Of a stretch of DNA of 64,000 nt, positions 17,842 to 27,800 are shown in pieces. The translations under genes and the position numbers were made by a program. Below the pieces are notes generated by a model. The model was given only the letters and a program-made list of their open reading frames with translations, had not been told where the DNA came from and made no database searches. This DNA is from an uncultured Microthrixaceae bacterium (lineage in GTDB: Bacteria > Actinomycetota > Acidimicrobiia > Acidimicrobiales > VFJN01). The DNA lies in NCBI GenBank assembly GCA_963846555.1, contig CAWJWI010000004.1:2043616-2107615 (forward strand). Reading direction: 5' to 3'. The stretch's first letter is position 1, and the number at the start of each line of letters is the position of its first letter.

Positions 17842-17891
17842 GATCTGTGCGCAGGGAGCCCCGCATCGCGGGGCTGGCTGCGCACAGAAGC
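17842..17891. repeat. Palindromic repeat, copy R (right flank of the DUF559 gene, inverted relative to copy L)
   Basis: GATCTGTGCGCAGGGAGCCCCGCATCGCGGGGCTGGCTGCGCACAGAAGC. Its outer 24 nt are identical to the reverse complement of the outer 24 nt of copy L. Confidence 0.85.
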
Positions 17892-17893
17892 TG

Positions 17894-19623
17894 TCAGGTC
17901 TTGGGTGGGAGGAGCCTGAGGCCCAGGTCTCTCAGCTGGGGCTCCTCGACCTTGGTGGGAGCCGAGGTCATGGGGTCGACGCCGGACTGGGGCTTCGGGA
18001 AGGCGATGACCTCGCGGATGTTCTCCTCGCCGGCCAGGATGGCGGCCAGGCGGTCGATGCCGAAGGCGAAGCCACCGTGCGGCGGGGCGCCGTAGCGGAA
18101 CGGGGTCAGGAAGAACCCGAAGCGGCGCTCGGCCTCCTCCTCGCCGATGCCGAGCAGGTCGAAGATGCGCTGCTGCAGGTCGGGCTCGTGGATCCGGATC
18201 GACCCGGAGCCCAGCTCCCAGCCGTTCAGCACGAGGTCGTAGGCCTTCGACCGCACCGACATCGGGTCGGACTCCAGCCGGTCGAGGTCCTCAGGGTGCG
18301 GGCGGGTGAACGGGTGGTGGGCGGGCTTGGGCGTGCCGTCGTCGGCCCGGCCCACGAACATCGGGAAGTCGATGACCCAGACGTACCGGTACGGCCCCTC
18401 GTGGACGGGCGGGCGGCCCAGGTCGTTGCGCAGCGTGCCCAGCACCTCGCAGGCCATGTGCCACTCGTCGGCGACGAGGAGCAGCAGGTCGCCCGCCTCC
18501 GCCTCGAGGGCGGTGACCAGCTCGGCCTGCTCGGTGTCGCTGAGGAACTTGGCCACCGGGCTCTCGAGGGCGCCGCCGTCGCCGACCTTCATCCAGACCA
18601 GGCCCTTGGCGCCGAGCTGCTTGGCCCGGTCGGTGAGCCCGTCGAGCTTGTTGCGGCCGAAGTCAGCTGCTCCCCCGGCCACCCGGAGGCCCTTGATGGC
18701 ACCGGCTGAGGCGAACGCCTTGAACTCGGTGGCCGCGAAGACCGGCGTGAGCTCGACGAGCTCCATGCCGAAGCGCAGGTCCGGCTTGTCGCTGCCGAAC
18801 CGGTCCATGGCGTCGTGCCAGGTGATCTGCGGGATCTCGCCGGGGCGCTCGCCGGTGACCGCCTCGGCCGCGTCGAGCACGGACTCGGACACGAACGCCA
18901 GCACCTCGTCCTGGGTGACGAAGCTGGCCTCCGCGTCGAGCTGCATGAACTCGTACTGACGGTCGGCCCGCAGGTCCTCGTCCCGCAGGCAGCGGGCGAT
19001 CTGGTAGTAGCGGTCGGTGCCGCCGACCATCAGCAGCTGCTTGAAGAGCTGGGGCGACTGCGGGAGCGCGTAGAAGGAGCCCGGCACCTGGCGGGACGGC
19101 ACGAGGAACTCGCGGGCCCCCTCGGGCGTCGACGGCATGAGCATCGGGGTCTCGACCTCGACGAAGTCCTGCCGCTCGAAGGCGGCCCGGATGGCCGAGT
19201 TCACCTTGGCTCGGATGCGCAGGTTGCGCTGCATGCGGTCGCGCCGCAGGTCGAGGTAGCGGTAGCGCAGGCGGATCATCTCGTCGACGTCGTCGGCCCG
19301 AGCGTCGATGGGGAACGGGGGCGGTTCGGCCGCTGAGAGGATCTCGACCGTGCAGTCACCGACCTCCACGTCGCCGGTGGCCGAGCGCATCGTTGCGGGT
19401 GCCGTCGGGGCGTTCGCGAACCGTGCCGGTGATGCGCACCACGTACTCGCTGCGCAGGTCGGCCGCGCCGTCGACGACGCATTGGATGACGCCCGTGTGG
19501 TCGCGCAGGTCGATGAAGGCGAGGTGCTCGCCGTGCTCCCGGCGGCGCCCGACCCAGCCGCACAGCGCCACCTGCTCCCCCGCGTGTCAGGGCCCGCAGC
19601 TCCCCACAGCGGTGGGTGCGCAT
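17894..19623 (-). CDS. aspS: Aspartate--tRNA ligase (2 or more frame interruptions near the 5' end)
   Basis: ORF 17894..19645 carries [61 protein letters not shown] and [15 protein letters not shown]. The true N-terminus is spread over two other frames ([10 protein letters not shown] in 19276..19623; [30 protein letters not shown] in 19356..19571). Switches lie near 19580 and 19380. Confidence 0.88.
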
Positions 19624-19682
19624 CAGGTCGGTGGGCGTCGGTCACTGCGTCTCCAGGAGGTTCGGGGGGTGGAACAACGTTG

Positions 19683-20939
19683 TCACCGCGTCGAGGTGAG
19701 GTGCACCACGAGTTCGGCCATGGGCACCGAGATCTGCTCGCCTGCCGTCAGGTCGCGGACCGTGGCCGTGCCGCCGGACCGCTCGTCGTCGCCGATGATG
19801 ACGGCGGTCCCGGCCCCGCTCTTGGCGGCCGCCTTCATCTGCGACTTCATCGACCGACCGTCGAAGGCCCGATCCACCGACAGCCCGGCCCGGCGCAGCT
19901 CGGCGGTCAGCGTCACCGCCACCTCGCCGCCGGTCGTGTCGATCACGAAGACGTCGATCAGCCTCTCGGGCGGACCGAACACGCCCTCGGCGTCGCAGGT
20001 GAGCAGCACGCGCTCGATGCCCGATCCGAACCCGATCCCGGGGGTCGGCGCTCCGCCGAGCTGCTCGATGAGCCCGTCGTAGCGGCCTCCGCCGAGGATC
20101 GTCGACTGGGCGTTGCCGAGGGCGTCGCTCTGGAACTCGAAGAGCGTGTGGGTGTAGTAGTCGAGGCCCCGCACGAGGTTCTCGTCGATCTCGAAGTCGA
20201 TGCCCAGCGGCTCGCAGCCCAGCCTGCACCCGCTCGCCGTGGGCCACGGACTCGGCGTCGAGGCTGTCGGCCATCCGCGGCGCGTCGACGAGGACGGCCC
20301 GGGTCTCCTCGCGCTTGGAGTCGAGGACGCGCAGCGGATGGTCCTCGATCTTGGCCGCGTCGTCGGGTGCGAGGTCATCCGACCGCTCGCGCAGCCAGGC
20401 CTGGAGCACTGCGGCGTAGGCGACCCGATCGGCCGGCGTGCCCATGAAGTTGAGGACGAGCCGCCACTGCTGCAGCCCGAGTGCCCTCAGGTAGTCGTGG
20501 CCGAGGGCGATGACCTCGACGTCGACATCGGGGTCGGCGCTGCCGATGGCCTCGATGCCGACCTGGTGGTGCTGGCGCAGTCGGCCGGCCTGGGGTCGCT
20601 CGTAGCGGAAGGCGGGGGTGGCGTACCAGACCTTCCAGGGCGTGTGCGGATGGTGCTCGACGAAGGCCCGGGCCACCGACGCGGTGCCCTCGGGGCGCAG
20701 CGCGACGTGACGGTCGCCCTTGTCGTGGAAGTCGTACATCTCCTTGGCCACGACGTCGGTGCCCTCGCCGATGCGCTGGAAGACGCCGATGTCCTCGAAC
20801 ATCGGCGACTGGATCAGGCCGTACCCGAGCCCGGCCGGCGACGTCGGCGAACATGGCCAGGAGCGCCTGCCAGCGAGCCGATTCAGGAGGCAGGACGTCC
20901 GGGTGCCCTTCGGCGCGCGGAAGTCGGACGTTCAGGCAC
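19683..20939 (-). CDS. hisS: Histidine--tRNA ligase (3 or more frame interruptions)
   Basis: Fragments carry FRAPKGTR / LPPESARWQALLAMFADVAGRA / MFEDIGVFQR...RPEGTASVARAF...YATPAFRYERPQAGRLRQHHQVG / RGLDYYTHTLFEF, GGGRYDGL, GFGSGIERV and the anticodon-binding tail. Switches lie near 20905-20925, 20828 and 20204 (a CCC run). The GTG start at 20937-20939 is tentative. The total of 419 codons fits HisS. Confidence 0.85.
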
Positions 20940-20983
20940 GAGGAGCCGAGGCTACCGGGTGGTCCCCGGCGCCCCGAAGTCCG

Positions 20984-21405
20984 CTAGCGGACGCCGAGCA
21001 GGTCGACCACGAACACGAGCGTCTCGTCGGGACCGATCACGCCGCCGGCGCCCTGGCGGCCGTAGGCCTTGCCCGGCGGGATGACGATGCGACGCCGTCC
21101 GCCGACCTTCATGCCGGCCACGCCTTCGTCCCAGCCCTTGATGACCTGGCCCGCTCCGAGGCCGAAGCTGAACGTCTCGCCGCGGTCCCAGCTGGCGTCG
21201 AACTGCTTCCGTGTGCGCCACGAGACGCCCACGTAGTGCACCTCCACCTGCGAGCCGCTGGGGTCGCTTCGGCGCCGTCGCCGACCTCGATGTCCTCGAT
21301 CTCCAGCTCGGCCGGCGGGGTCTCCCCGGCCGGGACGTACACGTGGGGCTTCTCGTTTCGGGCATCCGGCGAACCTATCGGACCACTCGTAGGCTCGCCC
21401 GCCAT
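20984..21405 (-). CDS. FKBP-type peptidyl-prolyl cis-trans isomerase (one frame interruption)
   Basis: The N-terminus MAGEPTSG...PAELEIEDIEVGDGAEA is in ORF 21109..21405. The FKBP core VEVHYVGVSW...FDASWDRGETFSFGLGAGQVIKGWDEGVAGMKVGGRRRIVIPPGKAYG is the tail of ORF 20984..21784. The switch is near 21262. Confidence 0.8.
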
Positions 21406-23503
21406 GTCGCCGACCCCGCCCGTCGCCCCCCGCCGCCCTCATCCGATCGCCGCCCACGGTGACGAGCGGGTCGACGACTGGTTCTGGCTCCGCAGCGACG
21501 ACCGCAGCGACCCGGAGGTGCTGGCCCACCTGGCCGCAGAGAACGAGTTCGTCGCCAGCTCGCTCGCCCACACCGAGGCGCTGCAGGCCGAGCTGTTCGC
21601 CGAGATGAAGGCCCGCATCAAGGAGACCGACCTCTCGGTCCCGTTCCGCAAGGACGGCCGCTGGTTCTACAGCCGCACCGAGGAGGGCCAGCAGTACCCG
21701 ATCCTCTGTCGCACGGCCCTCGAGCCGCGACCCGCGCTCGCCCGAGGGCGACGCCATGCCCGGCGAGGAGGTGCTCCTCGACATGAACGTGCTCGCCGGC
21801 GACAGCGACTACTTCGGCATCGGCGCCTACGACCTCGCTCCGAGCCAGGACCTGCTCCTCTACTCGACCGACCACGACGGCTCCGAGCGCTACACGATGC
21901 GCGTCCGCGACCTGCGCACGCGGCACCGACCTCGACGACGTGATCCCCGAGACCACCTACGGCACGGCGTGGGCCGGCGACGACACGTTCTTCTACGTGC
22001 GCCAGGACGCGGCGATGCGGCCCCACCAGGTGTGGCGCCACGACGATCGGTACGACCCCGGACGACGACGTCCTCGTCTACGAGGACCCCGACGAGCGCT
22101 TCTTCGTGTCGGTCGGCCTCAGCCTCACCGAGGAGTGGGTGCACATCTCGTCGAGCTCGAAGGTGACCACCGAGGAGCACCTGATCCCCGCCGCCGACCC
22201 GACTGCTTCGCCCCGCTGCGTGCAGCCCCGGGAGCAGGACGTGGAGTACGACGTCACCCACGCGCCCACCCCGTCGACGGCGACCGCTTCCTCGTCCTCA
22301 CCAACGCCGACGGGGCCGTGAACTTCAAGCTCATGAGCGCGCCGGTCGACGACGCCCGGCCGCGACGCACTGGGTCGAGGTCGTCGCCCACCGACCCGAC
22401 GTGAAGCTCGAGGGCGTGACCGCCTTCGCCGACCACCTCATCCGCTACGAGCGTCGCGAGGGCGTGCGCCGCATCATCGCCACCGCCTACGCCGACGGCG
22501 CCGAGCGCGAGCTCGACATGCCCGAGCCGGTCTACGACACCGGTCCGGCCACCAACGCCGAGTTCGACACCCGCACGCTGCGCTTCACCTACACGTCGCT
22601 GTCACGCCCGGCACCGTCTTCGACGAGGACCTCGACACCGGCGAGCGGACGCCTCCTCAAGCAGACCGAGGTGCTCGGCGGCCACGACCCGGGCGACTAC
22701 GAGACCGGCCGCCTGTGGGCCACGGCGGCCGACGGCACGCAGGTGCCGATCTCCTACGTGCACCGGGCCGGCATCGCCCACGACGGCTCCGCGCCCTGCC
22801 TCCTCTACGGCTACGGCTCCTACGAGGCGTGCATGGACCCGACGTTCTCCACCCTGCGGCTGTCGCTGCTCGACCGGGGCTTCGTGTTCGCCATCGCCCA
22901 CGTCCGCGGCGGCGGCGAGCTGGGTCGCCCCTGGTACGACGACGGCAAGCGCCTGCACAAGCGCAACACGTTCACGGACTTCATCGCCTGCGCCGAGCAC
23001 CTCGTGGCCGAGGGCGTCACCGCACCGGAGCGCCTCGTGGCCCGCGGCGGATCGGCCGGCGGCCTGCTCATGGGCGCCATCACCAACCTGCGCCCCGACC
23101 TGTTCGCGGCCGTCGTGGCCGAGGTGCCCTTCGTCGACTGCCTCACCACGATCCTCGACGAGACGCTCCCGCTCACGGTCACCGAGTGGGAGGAGTGGGG
23201 CAACCCGGTCGAGGACCCGCAGGTGTACGCGTACATGAAGAGCTACAGCCCGTACGACAACGTCGCCCCGCGGGACTACCCGGCCGATCCTGGCCACGGG
23301 CGGGCTCAACGACCCCCGGGTCTCCTACTGGGAGCCGGCCAAGTGGGTGCAGCGCCTCCGGTCGGCGACGACCAGCGGCAAGCCCGATCTACCTCAAGAC
23401 GGAGATGGGCGCCGGCCACCAGGGCCCGTCGGGTCGCTACGACGCATGGAAGGACGAGGCCTTCGTCTACGCCTTCATCCTCGACGCCCTCGGTCTCAGC
23501 TGA
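21404..23503 (+). CDS. S9A prolyl oligopeptidase family protease (oligopeptidase B-like; 7 or more frame interruptions)
   Basis: Stitched fragments carry HGDERVDDWFWLR, LAAENEF, VPFRKDGRWFYSR, YDLAPSQDLLLYSTDHDGSERYTMRV, VIPETTYGTAWAGDDTFFY, ERFFVSVGLSLTEEW and the catalytic domain with the nucleophile elbow ARGGSAGGLLMGA, PFVDCL, YSPYDNV and MGAGHQGPSGRY. The total of 700 codons fits the family. Its ATG at 21404 overlaps the FKBP start on the opposite strand. Confidence 0.8.
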
Positions 23504-24647
23504 AGGACGTGAGGAAGAGCGAGTCGTAGGCCAGGCCCCAGGGCGGCCGTAGGAAGCCGAGGGCTCGCACGTCTTCGAACCAGTGGGCGTATGGCGAGCG
23601 GGCGCTGAACGTCCCGCCGCCGAGCACCCGAGTGAGGCCGACCAGGACCTCCTCGGCCATCTCGGCGACCGACTCCTTGGCCCGCAGGGCATCGTGCAGG
23701 GCCGACGCCGATCCGGTCTCCACGGACCGCACCGCGCCTTCGTAGGCCTGGACTGCGACCCAGTGCTTCATCTCGGCTCGCGACCACTCCACCTGCTCGT
23801 AGGCGCGCAGATCGGCCACCTTGCCGGCCAGCTGGGAGCGGGCCAGCGCCACCGCCTCGTCGAGTACGCCGAGGATCACGGCCGTGAACAGCGTGGCGAT
23901 CAGGGGCGCCGCCGGGAGGCTGACCTCCTCGAGCGGTCCGGCCCAGGCCACGCGCACCGCGGGTGCCCCCGACAGGCGCATCGCATGGCTCTGGGTGGCG
24001 GCCATGCCCATGCCGTCCCACTCGGCCAGGAGCTGCATCCCTGCCGTGCCGTCCCACGGACGATCTCGCGTGTCCAGCACGAAGATGGCGGGGGCGTCCT
24101 CCCCCGCCGGGAGCGCTGTCGTGATCATGCGGTCACAGATGCCCGACCCGCTCCCGAAGTGCTTGTCGCCCGAGATGCCGTAGAGCTCGCCGGCCAGGAA
24201 CGGCTCTCCAGCCAGGACGACGGCCTCGGCCTTGGTCTTCGCGATGTCACCGCCGCTGCCGGGCTCCGAGGTGATCGTGCCCCACTGCTCCCCCGCCATG
24301 GCGCTGCCGAACACCGACGCCCGCTGGGCCTGCCAGGCCGGGTCGGGGTCGTCGGGTCCGTAGAGCCAGTAGCCGAGGACGGCGGGGTGCATGGCCGACA
24401 CCAACGTCACGGACGGGTCGGCGCCGGCCAGGTGGCGGTACAGCTCGCAGAGGGGCCGAGCCGAGGCCGGGCCCTCCCAGAGGCCCTCGGCCGCGATGGG
24501 CACTGCGAGACGGAGCAGGCCGGCGTCGCGCAGGGAATCGAAGTCGACCCGGTCGAGGTGCCGGCGGGCCTGCCGGTCCGCGCGCTCGCCCCGCCATCGC
24601 GCCGCGATGTCGCGGACCGCCCCGTCGACCTCGTCCTGCCCGACCAT
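23496..24647 (-). CDS. Acyl-CoA dehydrogenase family protein
   Basis: Intact 383-aa ORF with ACAD-like features (WGTITSEPGSGGDIAKTKAEA and a C-terminal helical domain). The substrate is not inferable. Confidence 0.6.
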   Translation of the reverse strand: MVGQDEVDGAVRDIAARWRGERADRQARRHLDRVDFDSLRDAGLLRLAVPIAAEGLWEGPASARPLCELYRHLAGADPSVTLVSAMHPAVLGYWLYGPDDPDPAWQAQRASVFGSAMAGEQWGTITSEPGSGGDIAKTKAEAVVLAGEPFLAGELYGISGDKHFGSGSGICDRMITTALPAGEDAPAIFVLDTRDRPWDGTAGMQLLAEWDGMGMAATQSHAMRLSGAPAVRVAWAGPLEEVSLPAAPLIATLFTAVILGVLDEAVALARSQLAGKVADLRAYEQVEWSRAEMKHWVAVQAYEGAVRSVETGSASALHDALRAKESVAEMAEEVLVGLTRVLGGGTFSARSPYAHWFEDVRALGFLRPPWGLAYDSLFLTSFS

Positions 24648-24718
24648 CGACCGGCACGCTACGCCTCGAACGACGCACGCGTGCCGGTTCCCTCGGAGCG
24701 CGGAACCAGCCGTCCCGG

Positions 24719-26287
24719 CTATGGACGACTCGGCGCGCTTCGCTGCGCCTGCGCGACCGGCGCCCGGGCGGTGCGAGACTTCACGAAGGGGTCGATCGAG
24801 TGGAGCGCCACCTTCTGCGCCTTCCCCCGGACATCGAACACCCCGCGCGCCTTGGTGCGGAGCCCCGGCACGGTGAGGGCGAGGCGCGTCGCCTCGGTGA
24901 TGAGGATCGCGTCACCCGTCTCCTTCGTGAGGGCTTCCACCCGGGACGCGACGTTGACCGTGTCACCGATGACGGTGAACTCGAGCTTGCCGCCCCCGCC
25001 GATGGTCCCGGCGATCACGGACCCGGAGTTCACGCCGATCCCGATCCGGAGCTCCTTCCCGAACTCCTCCTGCACCCGGCGGTGCACCTCGATGGCGCAA
25101 GCCACCGCCCGATCGGCGTGGTCGCGAAGCGGGTTGGGGGTTCCGAAGACGGCGAGCACGCCGTCCCCGAGGTAGTGGTTGGCGTGCCCGTCCTGCTCCC
25201 GGATCACCGGCACCACGACCGCGAAGAAGCGGTTCAGGAGGTGGACGGCCTCACGTGCGGTGGCCGTCTCGGCGAAGGTCGTGAAGTCGCGGACGTCGGC
25301 GAACAGCACCGAGACCTCGACGTCCTCGCCCTCGAACGTGGCGTCGCCCTGGTCGAGCAGGCGCTGGGCCAGGGCGGGGTCGACATAGGAGCCGAAAGCA
25401 GCCTGGAGGGACTGCCGTTCCCGCAGGCCACGCTGCATCTCGTTGAACGCTGCGGCGAGATCGCCGAACTCGTCGCTCGAGGTGACGGGCACGAGCTCGG
25501 TCAGATCGCCCCTCCCCACTCGTCTCGTGGCCCCGATCAGGCTCTTCAGCGGTCGCAGGCTCGGCTCGACGACGCCGCTCCGGAAGATGAGCGTCAGGTA
25601 GGTGCCGAGCACCACCGATGCGATGAGCACGGCGGCGTACCGGCCCTGGCGGGTCTCCCACTCCAGCGTGACGACCGATGCCGCGACCGCCGCCGACGTG
25701 GTCATGGTCAGCCCGGTGGCGAGGAGCCGGAAGCGGAGGCTCCAGCCCCGCACGAGGGTGATCTCCCCCGTCACCTCGGGCGCCAGCTCGTCGAGCATCG
25801 GGGCCAGGTACTGAGCCAGCCAGATCCCGGAGAGCAGCCACGACGCCAGGACCAGGATCGTGTTCGTCCCCGTGACCGAGATCGTCTCCACCACGGTGAG
25901 GTCCGCCACGTGGTGCAGGTACGGCATCAGCGTCCCGAGGAACGCGGGGGCCAGGACCGGGTGGAGGCGAGTGGTCAGCAGCCGGGGGGCGAGCAGGGCC
26001 GCCTCCCACGCCTCGAGCGGTGCGCTCCGATCGCCGCAGGCCCACCGCTCGATGGGTCGCAGACGACCCCGGGCGGTCATGGCCGTCAGCATGCCGGCCA
26101 GCGCGGCGAAGAAGCAGCAGCCGTAGCAGACGAGGGACTGCTCCAGCGTCAGGTCGAAGTACAGGATCAGCACGACCATGGCGGGGCCGGTGATGCCGAC
26201 GATCCAGGCGAAGACCGTCGTGGAGATCAGGCCAGCGACATAGCTGCGCGGGCGCACCCGCAACAGCCACTCCGCCAGGCGACCCAC
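24719..26287 (-). CDS. Membrane-anchored class III adenylate/guanylate cyclase with a HAMP domain
   Basis: Intact 522-aa ORF with multiple N-terminal TM helices, a HAMP-like segment (VGRGDLTELVPVTSSDEFGDLAAAFNEMQRGL) and a cyclase core (VSVLFADVRDFTTFAE, LGDGVLAVFGTP, RIGIGVNSGSVIAGTIGG, VIGDTVNVASRVEAL). Confidence 0.88.
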   Translation of the reverse strand: MGRLAEWLLRVRPRSYVAGLISTTVFAWIVGITGPAMVVLILYFDLTLEQSLVCYGCCFFAALAGMLTAMTARGRLRPIERWACGDRSAPLEAWEAALLAPRLLTTRLHPVLAPAFLGTLMPYLHHVADLTVVETISVTGTNTILVLASWLLSGIWLAQYLAPMLDELAPEVTGEITLVRGWSLRFRLLATGLTMTTSAAVAASVVTLEWETRQGRYAAVLIASVVLGTYLTLIFRSGVVEPSLRPLKSLIGATRRVGRGDLTELVPVTSSDEFGDLAAAFNEMQRGLRERQSLQAAFGSYVDPALAQRLLDQGDATFEGEDVEVSVLFADVRDFTTFAETATAREAVHLLNRFFAVVVPVIREQDGHANHYLGDGVLAVFGTPNPLRDHADRAVACAIEVHRRVQEEFGKELRIGIGVNSGSVIAGTIGGGGKLEFTVIGDTVNVASRVEALTKETGDAILITEATRLALTVPGLRTKARGVFDVRGKAQKVALHSIDPFVKSRTARAPVAQAQRSAPSRP

Positions 26288-26375
26288 GGGAGAGAGTTCT
26301 AATCACGTCCGGGGCTCCGCCGCGTGATGGTGGCGCCAGTTCCGGCGCCGCGCTCCGCCCGCTCAGCCGCCCCGA

Positions 26376-27383
26376 CTAGTCCGGGTAGCGCATGTAGGCG
26401 TCGTGGAGGCGCTCGAGGAAGCCTTCGTCGTGGAACGGGTCCTCGGCGCGGGGCGGGGTCGGGTCGGTTCCCCTGTCGGCCAGGTCGGCACAGAGCCGGC
26501 GCAGGACCTCGACCAGGTCGAGGTCGTCGAGGTGCTCGTCGTGGCGGAGCCGGTCCGCCTCGTCGGCGAACACGTCGGCCTTCCACGAGAGGCTGACCCT
26601 CACCCGCGAGCGATCGAACTCCGCCAGCCGCACCCCTGCGGACTCGATCCACCATGACCTGCCGTCGTCGGTGCGCAGCTCGTCGTCTAGGGACAGGGTG
26701 ATCATTCCGTCCTCGGCGCGCCCCGTGGGCCGGACCCGGTGCCACATGAAGTCGTTGTCGCCGACGACGGCGGTGTTGTGGATGTCCCCTTGGTGGAGCA
26801 CGGAAGGCGCGCCGGGCCCGTCGGGCCAGTACTCGAACCCACCGTCGTCCCCCTCGTAGAACCAGGCGACGGCGGTCGCCACCTTGACCCGCTCGGCCTC
26901 GAAGAGGCCCGACTGGCCGAGCAGGGTGAGGAAGGCGATGGGCACCGTGGTGCGATCGAAGCCACGGAAGGCCGGGATGTCGGTGTGGCCCCGGCCCTGC
27001 TCGAAGGGGAGCTGCCAGGTCAGGTTCGCGTAGACGGTGTGCGGGCGGACGATCTCCGCCTCGAACAGGTGCCGGGCGCCCTCGATGAACGGCTGGTGCT
27101 TCAGCAGCGCGTCGACGCCGTCGCGGATCTCACGGCCGCGGGCCCAGTCGCCGCGAAACACTGGGGCGATGACTGGCTCCGACGATGTCCGGGAGCCGCT
27201 GAGCGTGGCGTACTCGGCGGTGGTGGTCGTGTAGCGCTGCACGGGCCAGAACGGCTGGTGCGCACACAGGAGCGCATCGACGATCGACGGGTCATCGAAG
27301 ACCCGGTCGATGGGGATGGGGGCACGGGGCAGCGGTTGGGTCGACATGGATGTGGGCCAGTTCAGCAGAGTCGGCGACCTCAC
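26376..27383 (-). CDS. Hypothetical protein (no family recognised; possible HxD...H metal site)
   Basis: Intact 335-aa ORF with strong coding-frame GC bias and no TM helices. It contains GRGHTDIPAFRG and later FMWHRVRP. An alternative ATG start at 27347 gives MSTQPLPRAP. Confidence 0.5.
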   Translation of the reverse strand: MRSPTLLNWPTSMSTQPLPRAPIPIDRVFDDPSIVDALLCAHQPFWPVQRYTTTTAEYATLSGSRTSSEPVIAPVFRGDWARGREIRDGVDALLKHQPFIEGARHLFEAEIVRPHTVYANLTWQLPFEQGRGHTDIPAFRGFDRTTVPIAFLTLLGQSGLFEAERVKVATAVAWFYEGDDGGFEYWPDGPGAPSVLHQGDIHNTAVVGDNDFMWHRVRPTGRAEDGMITLSLDDELRTDDGRSWWIESAGVRLAEFDRSRVRVSLSWKADVFADEADRLRHDEHLDDLDLVEVLRRLCADLADRGTDPTPPRAEDPFHDEGFLERLHDAYMRYPD

Positions 27384-27528
27384 TGGTCAGCGCTCCGCTA
27401 CCCGCCCCTGGCCGGGCACCACCCGGTTCGCCTCGTCTACCCCCGACTGTGCGCTGTGCTCCTTTCCAGAGGCCCAGGTCACAGCCGGACGTAGGAGGCA
27501 CATGCATCGGGTCGATCGTGGTGCGCGA

Positions 27529-27745
27529 TCACAACGGGTTGAGAGCGTGGAGGCTCACCTTGTTCACTTTGCCTCGGACCTCGAACTCGCCACGCTCCGT
27601 CGAGAGCGGGTGAGGCGCCGAGAGGGCCAGCCGGGTGGCGTCGGTGACCAGGATCGGGCGTTCGGGGTGATCAGCGACACGGCGCCCACGTTGGCACCGA
27701 CACCGCTGAGCCGCTTCTTCTTGGTCTTGGTGGGAACCTGGAGAC
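27529..27745 (-). pseudogene. 3'-terminal remnant of a class III cyclase paralogue
   Basis: Minus-strand translation gives ...KKKRLSGVGANVG / RRVADHPERPILVTDATRLALSAPHPLSTERGEFEVRGKVNKVSLHALNPL*. This parallels the C-terminus of the 24719..26287 cyclase (VIGDTVNVASRVEALTKETGDAILITEATRLALTVPGLRTKARGVFDVRGKAQKVALHSIDP). No upstream catalytic domain is present, since the next gene ends at 27801. The remnant also contains an internal frame switch. Confidence 0.6.
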
Positions 27746-27800
27746 CCTTGTCACGTCATCGGGGCGCGCGGACACATCGGACGTTCGATAGGGGCGACTA

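Noticed and set aside
24650-24707. Inverted repeats downstream of the HAMP-cyclase stop (ACCGGCACGC...GCGTGCCGGT at 24650-24688; GGTTCC...GGAACC at 24686-24707). A similar 8-bp stem (CCGCGATC...GATCGCGG, 31311-31335) sits right after the hydrolase-cyclase stop. Both are possible intrinsic terminators.
   Set aside because: The stems are short or have long loops, and there is no U-tract. In this GC range such pairings arise easily by chance. Without 3'-end data I do not call them terminators.
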